From: an uncultured Rikenellaceae bacterium
GTDB taxonomy: Bacteria > Bacteroidota > Bacteroidia > Bacteroidales > VadinHA17
DNA length: 64,000 nt
Assembly: GCA_963696805.1 (NCBI GenBank)
Contig: CAVOLF010000005.1
Location: 526,582-590,581, forward strand
Reading direction: 5' to 3'
This document shows positions 25,381 through 34,872 of this stretch, one piece after another. The position numbers and the translations under genes were made by a program. Positions within the stretch are counted from its first letter, which is position 1; every line of letters starts with the position of its first letter. The notes beneath the pieces were generated by a model, which did not search any database, had not been told where the DNA came from, and was given only the letters and a program-made list of their open reading frames with translations.

Positions 25381-26940
25381 TTACAACAACTGGTCTTTTT
25401 CATTGTTACTGAAAAATTTCCGGCGAGGGGTGTTAGCCTCATAAAGTTCGTATACTTCATAGCTGTTGCGAATTGTCCGCAGATATCGTGCGGCAACATG
25501 TATGGTGGCATTCTCGACAAGATCATTTGATTGGAATATTTTACCACCGGAAGGGTCCTCAGACTCATCTTTCCAATGCACCTGGCGTTCATACATGATA
25601 GTTCCGTTGAAATCTCCATCCGTTTTCTTAACTGTTATCACAGCTTCCCCTGTTACCTCTTCAGGGTATCCGGGAGGTCTGAAGGCGGCACTGACTTTTA
25701 TCTGTTTATCATTCTCTCCTGCTTCATAGTCTATGAAACCAATCCCGACTTCGTTCAGTGTGATTTTCCCTGATCCGTGGCTGACAGTTCCATCTACCAG
25801 CCCGGTAATTTTAACATCGACCTCCTTGCCTGCACATGAGAGGATCTCCGTCCCCTCGGGGTCAATCTCATGCAAGTCTATCTGGATAGAAGTCTTCTCC
25901 CCGGTAAAGATGGTTTTTCTCTCAGCTTCCACCTTGAGCTCAAGGCCGAGGACTATTATTTCGCCCTCATGCTCAATTAACGATTTATTACCGATACCAC
26001 AGGTCTTAAACCGTGGTTTTTCTATTGTGGGCTCAACACCCTTTATAACACTATATTCGCCAATAGCTTCATACTCCGAATTTGTATAAACTGTCGAAAA
26101 CAATCCCCATTCAGGGCCTGTCGTGCACTTACCCCCATCTTTATACTCGAACCTTTCCATTCTTTTCAGGAAATAGACTGGCTGACCAAAATTCTTGTCA
26201 TAAACATAATCACCATGGCAGTTTTTGACTTTGATGTAGACCTCCATTTTTCTTGATTCCTCATCAAGAAGCGAGAGGTATTCTTTTTCATATCTGATCT
26301 CCATCTTCGGTTTCCTTGCCGGGGCGGGATGTCTGGCTTCCCAATCATTGATATTCTTGTCCAAAGGCCAGTTATAATGATATATGAGGTTTTTAATAAG
26401 TTGATAAATATCTCCTTCTACAGCTCTCTCGATAGAAATGAAATAAGTCATAAGAGGCACACACGGAGAACAGACTACCAGTGAACTATACATTAGAAAT
26501 GCAGTTTCCTGGTTATAGACCGGGGCTCTGTATTCTATCACCTCCCATCCTGTCACAGGATCAACATATTTAACTTCATAGGGGGGGATTATTTCCTCTC
26601 CATTTACAGACCAGGGATAAAGAGAAAACCTGAACTCCAGATCCATTTCTGTTCCCGGGCTTGCCGATGGCAGAAAGAATTCAAGATCATCATATCCTGC
26701 ACTGTTAAGGGTTTCAAGCAAATAAGATTTAATCTCATTTTTCCATTCCGGTGTAGTGTAGTTTTTATTATGATTTTCATTCAGATAATTAGCAGTTGTA
26801 TCTCCACAGTCAATGTGGTCAAGATATACACCTATCCTGAACCTGGGGCATTTATCTTCCTGCCCTGCCACAGTAGCAAAGGAGAGTATGAGCAGAGTTA
26901 GCGCGGTCAGACATCCCTTTGAGATTTGTGCATAAGGCAT
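25381..26940 (-). CDS. Hypothetical secreted protein
   Basis: 519 aa. Signal-like CLTALTLLILSFATVAGQ. AT-rich coding sequence. No recognisable catalytic motif. Confidence 0.65.
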   Translation of the reverse strand: MPYAQISKGCLTALTLLILSFATVAGQEDKCPRFRIGVYLDHIDCGDTTANYLNENHNKNYTTPEWKNEIKSYLLETLNSAGYDDLEFFLPSASPGTEMDLEFRFSLYPWSVNGEEIIPPYEVKYVDPVTGWEVIEYRAPVYNQETAFLMYSSLVVCSPCVPLMTYFISIERAVEGDIYQLIKNLIYHYNWPLDKNINDWEARHPAPARKPKMEIRYEKEYLSLLDEESRKMEVYIKVKNCHGDYVYDKNFGQPVYFLKRMERFEYKDGGKCTTGPEWGLFSTVYTNSEYEAIGEYSVIKGVEPTIEKPRFKTCGIGNKSLIEHEGEIIVLGLELKVEAERKTIFTGEKTSIQIDLHEIDPEGTEILSCAGKEVDVKITGLVDGTVSHGSGKITLNEVGIGFIDYEAGENDKQIKVSAAFRPPGYPEEVTGEAVITVKKTDGDFNGTIMYERQVHWKDESEDPSGGKIFQSNDLVENATIHVAARYLRTIRNSYEVYELYEANTPRRKFFSNNEKDQLL

Positions 26941-26950
26941 GTGGCAGTAA

Positions 26951-27475
26951 TTATAAACGTTCGTATTCTATATCTTCTCCATCATCCTCCGTGTCACCGT
27001 CCTGGTTGCTGTCACGGACGAGCCACAGGTAATCTTCATCGGCCTCAAAATCGCCATTGACAGTTTCCTGCAGATATTGTATATATGTATTATATGTTGC
27101 CGATCCTTTTGCAAACCACTGGACAGTGTTGGTGCAATTCTGTGATGCATCTTTGACGCATTCGCCCACAGCCGACAGCCTAAAGGTCATCTCATTGCCA
27201 CTGACAGTGAGATCACCCTTTAATCCCAGGAGGGCTGATATGACGCTTGAGTTGTCACGCTGTAATACATAGACCTCTTCATATGTTGTTTTGGTAAGGA
27301 TGAGTGTCCGGGTAGTATTATATGTTATGTCTCCGACATATAGCTTGTCTTTATATTGCCATGATCCGACGTATAGAGGGTCTTCCCTGAGCCTCTCACA
27401 AGTTGTAAGCGTCAGAAATAGCACTGCAATTACAGCAATACTGCCGATTGTGCAAGATTTACTTATTGGTTCCAT
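26951..27475 (-). CDS. Hypothetical lipoprotein with acidic Ca-binding-like tail
   Basis: 174 aa. Lipobox FLTLTTCE. Beta-rich core. The C-terminal DSNQDGDTEDDGEDIEYE resembles DxDxDG-type calcium motifs. Confidence 0.65.
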   Translation of the reverse strand: MEPISKSCTIGSIAVIAVLFLTLTTCERLREDPLYVGSWQYKDKLYVGDITYNTTRTLILTKTTYEEVYVLQRDNSSVISALLGLKGDLTVSGNEMTFRLSAVGECVKDASQNCTNTVQWFAKGSATYNTYIQYLQETVNGDFEADEDYLWLVRDSNQDGDTEDDGEDIEYERL

Positions 27476-27512
27476 AACGTTTTGGTTTTTCTGTTGGTAA
27501 TTTCTATTCTCA

Positions 27513-29024
27513 TCATGGTTCCTGAACCACTGCCTGGAATAAAATCATGTCCTGTCCTACTGAAAAGGGACCACCACCTAGACTTCCTCCCAATTTTCCT
27601 TCTACCGTCCAGACACCCTCATCTATTTTCAAATAGGTAACCGCCGTTGCTCCTACCGGTCCGAGACTGCCGTCGATCCCAGCCCCGATCTGGAAACCGA
27701 AACCTGTCTCGGGAGTCCATGTGGCCCCAAGTATTATCCCCTGGCCAATATTCAGTTCCATTTCATCGGTTTCCATGTTCCACTCAAAACTGATAAAGAA
27801 CAGATCAATGCCTATTGAGAAGTCCGTGGGCAGGCTGATATCACCCGCGTCGCCACTCTTCCCGTCAGGGCAATATCCTTTTATGTCAAAACATTTCAGG
27901 GGTATGACAAATCCTAAAGTAAAAAAGTCCTGTGCTGTGATTGTTTCGACTTTTGGATATGGTAATCCATATGGTCTGCTCTTGTCTGCGAGCCATCCAT
28001 AAGCCTGGTTTATCTGAGCTTTGTAACAGTCCCTTAGTGCTTCCTCCAGTTCTTTATGGTAAACTTTTGCTCTCAATTCTGCTGCAGCCTGAGCTGTTAT
28101 CGGGATGCCCTTAGGCAGATGACTAACGGCATTGTCTGCTTCGGATCTGGCCTGCTTCACTGCGGACTCCATAAAGAAAGAGCTGTAGCCCAGGATCTCA
28201 GACCCCATCTGCCTTGCCAGTGATGCCCACCTGTTCCCTGCGTCAATTTCGGCGTTCAGAGTCATGCTCTGGCTTTCTACGTAAACGACAGGCACTCCTT
28301 CTTTAAACCTTGCCAGGTCGTCATAAATATTTTTCCACTGGGGCCAGTAGCCCTTGATGAGTTTTTCGATCCTTCTTGCCAGATCATCAGCATAAGCCTG
28401 GGCTATGTTCTCCATTTGCCGGCTATATCTTCTCTCGAGGATTTCAGGAATCATCCGTGCCTGGTCACATGGTGATAGCTGATCCCATGGTTCCGGCAGT
28501 TCATCTTCAGTACGTCCCTGCTCCTCCATCTCCCTTCTTTGCTTTTCTATTTCTTTCTTAAATTCCTCGGGATCAAAAGGTTTTTTCTTCGGAGGCGCGT
28601 CAGGTGGTTTTGTTGTGTATCTGAAAATAGCTTTTTTAATATCTTCCGGGTCTTTTTCAGTAGCCTCCATGAACTCCTCATATGCTTTTCTCTTATTGCC
28701 CATGCGCATGAGCAGGATGCCAAGGTTCATGTGATACTGTCCTATCTCAGGGGCGTAGAAGACTGCTTCATCGTAGTATTTAAGGGCTTCCTCGTTCTGG
28801 CCATGACGGGCAAAGATCCAGCCAATGGAGGTTGAGGTGGCAGCTGATTCAGGATACAGCTTCCTGGCGTAAGCCAGCAACATAAGTGCATTCTCATGTT
28901 CTCCATTCATAGCAACGGCAAAGGCCAGGTTTCCCAGGGCACTGGGTGACCGGTCATAGGTCTGAAATGCCCTGCCGAATGCCCATTGTGCACCGTCAAG
29001 ATTGTTCTGTACAATTGAAGACAT
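27513..29024 (-). CDS. TPR-repeat protein with Gly-rich beta C-terminal domain
   Basis: 503 aa. N-terminal TPR text (ALMLLAYARKLYPES..., EEALKYYDEAVFYAPE..., KRKAYEEFMEATEKDPED). The C-terminus GIILGATWTPETGFGFQIGAGIDGSLGPVG is glycine-rich. There is no signal peptide from the ATG. Confidence 0.65.
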   Translation of the reverse strand: MSSIVQNNLDGAQWAFGRAFQTYDRSPSALGNLAFAVAMNGEHENALMLLAYARKLYPESAATSTSIGWIFARHGQNEEALKYYDEAVFYAPEIGQYHMNLGILLMRMGNKRKAYEEFMEATEKDPEDIKKAIFRYTTKPPDAPPKKKPFDPEEFKKEIEKQRREMEEQGRTEDELPEPWDQLSPCDQARMIPEILERRYSRQMENIAQAYADDLARRIEKLIKGYWPQWKNIYDDLARFKEGVPVVYVESQSMTLNAEIDAGNRWASLARQMGSEILGYSSFFMESAVKQARSEADNAVSHLPKGIPITAQAAAELRAKVYHKELEEALRDCYKAQINQAYGWLADKSRPYGLPYPKVETITAQDFFTLGFVIPLKCFDIKGYCPDGKSGDAGDISLPTDFSIGIDLFFISFEWNMETDEMELNIGQGIILGATWTPETGFGFQIGAGIDGSLGPVGATAVTYLKIDEGVWTVEGKLGGSLGGGPFSVGQDMILFQAVVQEP

Positions 29025-29109
29025 GCCTGCCAGCTGATAAACATATGCTCTTTCAGGAATTGTCAGTGAGTTGGCATTAAGGATAGAATTGAATGCCTGC
29101 GCTTCAATA

Positions 29110-29616
29110 TCATGAGGAAGGTTTGGGTAATGATCTGAAGATGCAGTTACTCACAATTTGCTGCACTTTGCTATAATCAGGTTCCTCAGGCAGCCTGACC
29201 GGACTTACGGGCTCATAGTCCTCATCCGTAACCTTTTTGTCGCAGCTCCGGTCCATAACAGATAGCTTCAGGAACAGTGCCAGTGCATCATCGAAATCCT
29301 TGACTCCGTCCTCGTTGAGGTCATAATCGAAGTCCTGCCACCCCTGGTCCATCAGGAGGTCGATATCGTTCACGTCAAATTTCCCGTCGAGATTGATATC
29401 ATATCTCCTCCATTCACTGACTGAGGGATAATCGGCATCATCCTTTGACAGGAGATCTGGCATTTCGTTACTGATTGCGGTGGGTGGGCTATCCGGTATA
29501 TTTGGAAAAAGGGGAGTGGCTGTTATGGGGAAGATCATAACCAGCTTGAGAACTGTTACAGCCAGACTCCCCTTTAAAATTTTTACGTAAGACATGTTGT
29601 CAAAGATTAATATCAT
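29110..29616 (-). CDS. Secreted protein with dockerin/EF-hand-like calcium-binding repeats
   Basis: 168 aa. Hydrophobic N-terminus. DINLDGKFDVNDIDLL and DLNEDGVKDFDDALAL fit the DxNxDGxxxxxD pattern. Confidence 0.6.
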   Translation of the reverse strand: MILIFDNMSYVKILKGSLAVTVLKLVMIFPITATPLFPNIPDSPPTAISNEMPDLLSKDDADYPSVSEWRRYDINLDGKFDVNDIDLLMDQGWQDFDYDLNEDGVKDFDDALALFLKLSVMDRSCDKKVTDEDYEPVSPVRLPEEPDYSKVQQIVSNCIFRSLPKPSS

Positions 29617-29703
29617 TCAAATTCGATATTCTCCCCATTATCTGCGGTTTCTCCTTCGCCGCTGCTTCTGTAGTTTGTTCATGCAGATAAAAAGTCATGG
29701 ACA

Positions 29704-30402
29704 TTAAAACCCCGGCATTTCGGAAAAGGTAATATTATCAGGTATCCGGAAATATTTGTTATCAACCGGAACATTGGTTTTGATGGAGGTCACTTCCTGG
29801 CTTGACACCATCATGCCCAGCTTCATTTCCATCTTCATCATGACCCCTTTCCATATCAGCACCTTGCCCATGTCTCCCTTAAAGACTGTGCACTCCTTAC
29901 CCCGGAACATCTCCGTTCCGCTCCTGGTCATCCCCATCTGTTCGTACATAGTGGCCATATAGGACAAAACATCCTTCCCTGATGATTCCATCAGGTTTTT
30001 TACCATAGGGTTCTTTGCTTTCATTCCCTTGCCAGGATTTGAAAGATCCCACATGTATTGGTCTTCTCCAATGGTAACGGACCATCCCTTGCTTGTCTCT
30101 CCCTGTGAGGCGATCTCAGCATAAACGGCGCTTTTCATACCGTAGTCCTCGAAGTATTGGGTTGATTTTCCGGTTTTATCACCCGAATAGGTGTACTCGA
30201 TGATACCGGATCTGACCCCGAGCGGTTTCCCTTTGCTGTCAGCATCGTTCTCAGTGACTTCAGAATTTGCAGTCTCCGGTTCTGCAACTTCAGCAGCTAC
30301 CTGGGTTTCAGTGGATGAAGGCTTCTTGTTTTGCCCGCATCCGGAGCACACTGCAAATAGAAAAGTTACCGCAAAAACGGTTAATAATCCTGTGATTTTC
30401 AT
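29704..30402 (-). CDS. Hypothetical lipoprotein
   Basis: The start is taken at the internal ATG 30400-30402 (MKITGLLTVFAVTFLFAVCSGC lipobox). A Ser/Thr/Glu-rich linker precedes a Met/Lys/Gly-rich beta domain. Confidence 0.65.
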   Translation of the reverse strand: MKITGLLTVFAVTFLFAVCSGCGQNKKPSSTETQVAAEVAEPETANSEVTENDADSKGKPLGVRSGIIEYTYSGDKTGKSTQYFEDYGMKSAVYAEIASQGETSKGWSVTIGEDQYMWDLSNPGKGMKAKNPMVKNLMESSGKDVLSYMATMYEQMGMTRSGTEMFRGKECTVFKGDMGKVLIWKGVMMKMEMKLGMMVSSQEVTSIKTNVPVDNKYFRIPDNITFSEMPGF

Positions 30403-30489
30403 AACTATAGACTTTTTTATATTTTCACAAACTTGCTTCACGCATTTGTCTCGGCGCTCGGCAAAGCTCAAACAAGTTTGACTTTGCAC

Positions 30490-31755
30490 TCATTTCTTCA
30501 CAAACTCCACCCTGCGGTTGTTGGCTTTGCCTTCGGGGGTGGCATTGCTGTCGATAGGCTTACTCTCGCCCCATCCTTTTGAGGTCATACGGCTGCCGTC
30601 GATGCCCAGCTTCTTAAGAGTGTTAGCCACGGTTTCGGCACGCTGTTCCGAGAGTGTCTGGTTGAAGCCGTCATCACCGTCGCTGTCAGTATGCCCTTCT
30701 ACGCTGAAGTTTACTTCCGGGTGGTCTTTCATCAAAGCCGCTATCTCGTTGATTACACCCATTGACTCAGGTTTAAGTGTTGCCTTGTTCACATCGAAAC
30801 GGATCCCATTGGCAATGATTTTGCCATCCTGCATGAAGCGGTCATAATACTTGACGCCGCCTTTGGCTATCCTGACATTTTTGATATAGCATGGGTTTTC
30901 ATTGGAAGCATGATAGGCATGAAGTGTAATTCCAGAAGGGTCAAAGTCAAGCCGGGGAATATTAACCAGCCGTGTGTCATCAAGGTATGCTTTAAGCTTT
31001 CCTTCGGTATAGGCAATAGCTATATGCATCCACCTGTTCAAATCTTTTTCCTCAGGATATTTGCTTGTTGCACGCCCCATTGACATTTCATTTCCCGATA
31101 CAGTTATATAAGTATATCCCGTGGGGCTATTTGATTTTTGGTTTTTCCTGTCATAGAGATATATCTGAAATGGATATTCCTTTGGATAGTACAAGTCAAG
31201 TTCTATAGTGAACACTTCAGGCAGATGATCTTCTCCCGGACCTTTGAAATAGGGAATTATTGAAGGAGAGCCGTCTCTCATCATAATAATATTTTCGCCA
31301 TCTACAACGGCTATTTCTGTATTTCCTGCTATCAGATCCCACCGGGAAGGGAACTCACCATTCTCTTCCCCGGTCAGGTTGTCTTCAAAGATCACCTGGT
31401 CACCCGGCACAAAATCGTATTTGGCCCAGTTCAATGCTGGACCGGACGTCTGGTTCGCTCTGGAACCGGCATCACCAGGTTGTCCAGGTCCGGCATCACC
31501 GTGTTGTCCGGGCCCGGCGTCCTCCTCAGGCGCTCCCTCATCTTTCCCCTGCTTGTCTTTTTTCCTGAAGAGATTACCAATACCCTCTTCAATCTTGTCA
31601 TAACCTTTATCTATGGTTTTATCAATTCCCCTGTTGGTTCTGTTCTCTCCCTCCCGCTTTGTTTTCTTAAGCGGATTCTTGACCTGAGCCTGCGCTTCGG
31701 GTGTGAAACAGAACAGCAGGGCAACAAATACTGTAAGGATTACTGAATACTTCAT
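30490..31755 (-). CDS. OmpA-family peptidoglycan-associated protein
   Basis: The C-terminal OmpA domain reads FDVNKATL...VEGHTDSDGDDGFNQTLSEQRAETV...NRRVEF. Start at ATG 31753-31755 (MKYSVILTVFVALLF). The internal GDAGPGQ repeat is encoded by 21-bp tandem units at 31466-31527. Confidence 0.85.
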   Translation of the reverse strand: MKYSVILTVFVALLFCFTPEAQAQVKNPLKKTKREGENRTNRGIDKTIDKGYDKIEEGIGNLFRKKDKQGKDEGAPEEDAGPGQHGDAGPGQPGDAGSRANQTSGPALNWAKYDFVPGDQVIFEDNLTGEENGEFPSRWDLIAGNTEIAVVDGENIIMMRDGSPSIIPYFKGPGEDHLPEVFTIELDLYYPKEYPFQIYLYDRKNQKSNSPTGYTYITVSGNEMSMGRATSKYPEEKDLNRWMHIAIAYTEGKLKAYLDDTRLVNIPRLDFDPSGITLHAYHASNENPCYIKNVRIAKGGVKYYDRFMQDGKIIANGIRFDVNKATLKPESMGVINEIAALMKDHPEVNFSVEGHTDSDGDDGFNQTLSEQRAETVANTLKKLGIDGSRMTSKGWGESKPIDSNATPEGKANNRRVEFVKK

Positions 31756-31880
31756 GGCCTTTAGTTTTTCAGGAAAGTTAAACCCGGGCCATTGATGTAT
31801 CAATAGCAAATGAGTAAAGGGGGCGTTTGGGTTAGTATCGGAGGAGGTTTTGCGCAGGGCGCAGGGCCCTGAGCTTTGTT

Positions 31881-32633
31881 CTACTCGTAGAGATGGTCAG
31901 TGATGGCTTGCAGGACTTTCTGCTTGAGGTTGGCAGAAACGGGAACGGTGGTGCCGTCCTTCAACTGCAGGTAGCCTCCGTCATGCTTGAAGAATTTGTC
32001 AATGTGGCCCAGGTTGACCAGATGTGACTGATGCACGCGAATTATCCCCGAGCCGTTGAGCATAGCCTCGTACTCCTTAATGGTACGTGATACCATAATG
32101 CGTTTACCTCCTGCAAGATGGAAGTGAGTATAGTTGCTCTCAGCCTCGGCGCGGATAATGTCGCTTACAGAAATCAACTGCAATGCGTCGGAGGTGCGGA
32201 GGATGATCCGTTTCAGCACCCTCTTCCCCGCAAGGTTCTCGCTCAGCGCCTGCAACTTGAGCTGTTCCTCATCATGGTTGATTATCTCCCTGGCTTTGGT
32301 TATTGCCAAAGCCAGCTCGTCAAGGTCAATTGGTTTGAGGATGTAGTCGAGCGCACTGACCTTTATCGCATCCAGTGCATATTCCTGATGTCCGGTGATG
32401 AAGATGGTCCTGAAACGTACGGGAGAAAGCTTCTTAAGCAGGTCAAAGCCGAGTCCGTCAGGCAGTTCGACATCGAGAAAAAGGAGGTCGGGCTGATGTT
32501 CTGTTACAGCGGCATAACCTTCCTGTACACTGCCGGCCTGTGCGCTGACAGTTATATCCTTGAAGCTATCTTTCAACAGCGCTGAAATAGTATTTCTTAC
32601 CGCTGGTTCGTCATCTACAATAATTGCTTTCAT
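31881..32633 (-). CDS. LytTR-family two-component response regulator
   Basis: Receiver domain MKAIIVDDEP...LLFLDVELPD. The C-terminal LytTR domain carries ...FIRVHQSHLVNL-like text (IIRVHQSHLVNL). Confidence 0.9.
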   Translation of the reverse strand: MKAIIVDDEPAVRNTISALLKDSFKDITVSAQAGSVQEGYAAVTEHQPDLLFLDVELPDGLGFDLLKKLSPVRFRTIFITGHQEYALDAIKVSALDYILKPIDLDELALAITKAREIINHDEEQLKLQALSENLAGKRVLKRIILRTSDALQLISVSDIIRAEAESNYTHFHLAGGKRIMVSRTIKEYEAMLNGSGIIRVHQSHLVNLGHIDKFFKHDGGYLQLKDGTTVPVSANLKQKVLQAITDHLYE

Positions 32634-32659
32634 AACTGACCTGTTAACCGGGTAATAAT

Positions 32660-34840
32660 TTAAGCATAAATCCTCTTATATGGAAGCATTATCATCACCT
32701 TTGTCCCTGCAGCAGCCTCCCCCTCAAAAAGATCCGTGATCTCATAGCTGATCTCCTTTTCCTTCAAAATCTTCCTGAAGTGTTCGAGACGTTTTTCTGT
32801 CAGTTTTGTCGAAATCGACTGTTTCTTTCTTGCCGGTGTAACCTCTGCGGCTTTTCCCCTTCCGATGCCGTTATCTGTAACCTCGAGCCTAATCAGTCCA
32901 CCCCTGAGGGAGTAGTTTACACTTATCCGGCCTTTCTCCCTGCCCGGCAGAAGTCCGTGCTCAATGGAGTTCTCGACACATGGCTGGGCCAGCATGGGAG
33001 GGACTGAAACATTTTCAGGATCAATAGAAGGGTCAACAGTGATACTATATTCAAAACCCGAATCAAACCTCAGTTGCTGGACATCCATGTAATAACTGAG
33101 AGTCTCAACTTCCTTTTCAAGAGGTATATATTCCTCGCGGGAGTTTTCAAGTATATTGCGCATGAGCCCGGCAATCTTTGTAAGGAAGGCGTTGGCCTTC
33201 TGGGGCTTTTCCGCCAGGATGAGGTTCTGTATGGCGCACAGCGAGTTGAAGATGAAATGAGGGTTCATCTGGGCTCTCAGCAACCTCTGCTCGAGGTCAA
33301 TCTGTGAGTATTTTGCCATAAGGCGGGTGTGGCGGAGGTAGAGGAGTGAAATGAGGGCAACCAGGATAAGCAATATTCCGAGCCCTTTGAGATAGATGCG
33401 CTGCTGTTTTATCTTCTGGTCACGCACCAACTTTTCCTGCATTTGTATGTATTCAGCCTCTTTTTGCTTCTTGTCGAAATCATACTGGATCTCCATCCGG
33501 GTGACCTGTTTCAGAAATTCGTCGTTGCTGATGCTGTCTTTCAGTTGCATGTGTTCCCTGAGATACCGGTATGCAAGATCTTCTCTTCCTGTTTTACTGT
33601 ATATGTCACTGAGCATCCTGGAGGCGTCAGATACAATCAGCGGTAGTTCCTTTTCCTTGCCCAGTTTATAAGCTTTGAGGCTGTTTGAGAAAGCCTGGTT
33701 GTAGTGCCCCTGTGACTGCCAGATGTTACCGAGGGTGATATAATAATCAGGAGGAACCGGCAGGTCATTATCCGAGGTTATGTCCATTGCTTTTTTCATG
33801 TACCACAGTGCGGAATCGGGTTGCGACAGATGGAGGAGGGTGGAAGCCATATTGTGGCAGCTTGATGCTTCTCCGGAGGGGAAATTCATCATCCTATTCA
33901 GGTTAAGGCTTTTACGCAGGGAAACGAGAGCGCTGTCGAACAATCCCTGAGAGTTGTGTATCTGAGCGATGGTGTTGCAAGTCTTGCTGACCTCCCACAG
34001 GTCTTTTCTCTTCTCCGACAGCAAGAGATGCTTTCTGCTGAATTCCAGGGCCTTTTCATAGTCTTTCTGGTAGTAATAGGCCAGGCCTATACTTCCGAAG
34101 GCTATTGACATTCCGCTGCTGTCTCCTTTCAGTTCCCAGAGACGAAGTGCCTCAAAATATGCATCGATGGCCTGGCTGAAGAGGGCCATCTCCTTGTAGA
34201 TATTCCCAAGGCTATTGGTGGCGTCAGCAAGCGGCAGGGTATCCCTTACTCCCCGGGCGGTTGATATTGCTTTTTCAACATAACCTCTTGCCTCATCGAG
34301 ATCCTGTTTCTGACGGGCAAGGTATGCAAGAACATTAAGGCTGTTGATCATTCCCCGGTGATCACCTGCCTTCTCAAAATATTCCAGGGCCATTTGGCTG
34401 TATTTTTCGGAGGAGACCAGATCGCCCCTGAAACTGTAAACATATGCAAGTCCGTAACAGGCACGTGCCTTTCCTGAAATATCACCGGCCTCCTCATAAA
34501 GACCAAGCGCTTGATTATTATAGTACCAGGCGCTGTCTCCCTGGTTGTATTTTGCCAGGAATGCCATGCCGAGAGCAAGTGAGGCGTCTGCAATGCCTTT
34601 TCTGTAATCCAATTTGCGCGAGGCGCTCAGCGACTGGTGGGCAATGAGTATTGATATATCAGGATTTCTCCTGGCTCCGGCATACGCTTCCCCTGAACGT
34701 TTATTTATGACTGAAGTGTCGGACAGTTCCTGTGATGATACTGATGCCTCCGCAATTACCAGGAGCAGGAGGACCATAATCAATGATCGGGATACCTTGA
34801 CAGTCATGAGTACAGTAGCCGGGTTACACCAGAGAACCAA
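32660..34840 (-). CDS. TPR-repeat sensor histidine kinase (LytS/YehU-type His_kinase plus HATPase)
   Basis: N-terminal signal/TM, then multiple TPRs and one TM (LGILLILVALISLLYL). Then LLRAQMNPHFIFNSLCAIQNL, which is the PF06580-type H-box, and a C-terminal ATPase. Confidence 0.85.
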   Translation of the reverse strand: MVLWCNPATVLMTVKVSRSLIMVLLLLVIAEASVSSQELSDTSVINKRSGEAYAGARRNPDISILIAHQSLSASRKLDYRKGIADASLALGMAFLAKYNQGDSAWYYNNQALGLYEEAGDISGKARACYGLAYVYSFRGDLVSSEKYSQMALEYFEKAGDHRGMINSLNVLAYLARQKQDLDEARGYVEKAISTARGVRDTLPLADATNSLGNIYKEMALFSQAIDAYFEALRLWELKGDSSGMSIAFGSIGLAYYYQKDYEKALEFSRKHLLLSEKRKDLWEVSKTCNTIAQIHNSQGLFDSALVSLRKSLNLNRMMNFPSGEASSCHNMASTLLHLSQPDSALWYMKKAMDITSDNDLPVPPDYYITLGNIWQSQGHYNQAFSNSLKAYKLGKEKELPLIVSDASRMLSDIYSKTGREDLAYRYLREHMQLKDSISNDEFLKQVTRMEIQYDFDKKQKEAEYIQMQEKLVRDQKIKQQRIYLKGLGILLILVALISLLYLRHTRLMAKYSQIDLEQRLLRAQMNPHFIFNSLCAIQNLILAEKPQKANAFLTKIAGLMRNILENSREEYIPLEKEVETLSYYMDVQQLRFDSGFEYSITVDPSIDPENVSVPPMLAQPCVENSIEHGLLPGREKGRISVNYSLRGGLIRLEVTDNGIGRGKAAEVTPARKKQSISTKLTEKRLEHFRKILKEKEISYEITDLFEGEAAAGTKVMIMLPYKRIYA

Positions 34841-34872
34841 TTTCGTAAAAAAATGGATTCAATTCAAATTCT

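Noticed and set aside
31466-31527. 21-bp tandem repeat inside the OmpA-family gene (encoding GDAGPGQ units).
   Set aside because: It is in frame and typical of a low-complexity interdomain linker, so it is not an independent element.
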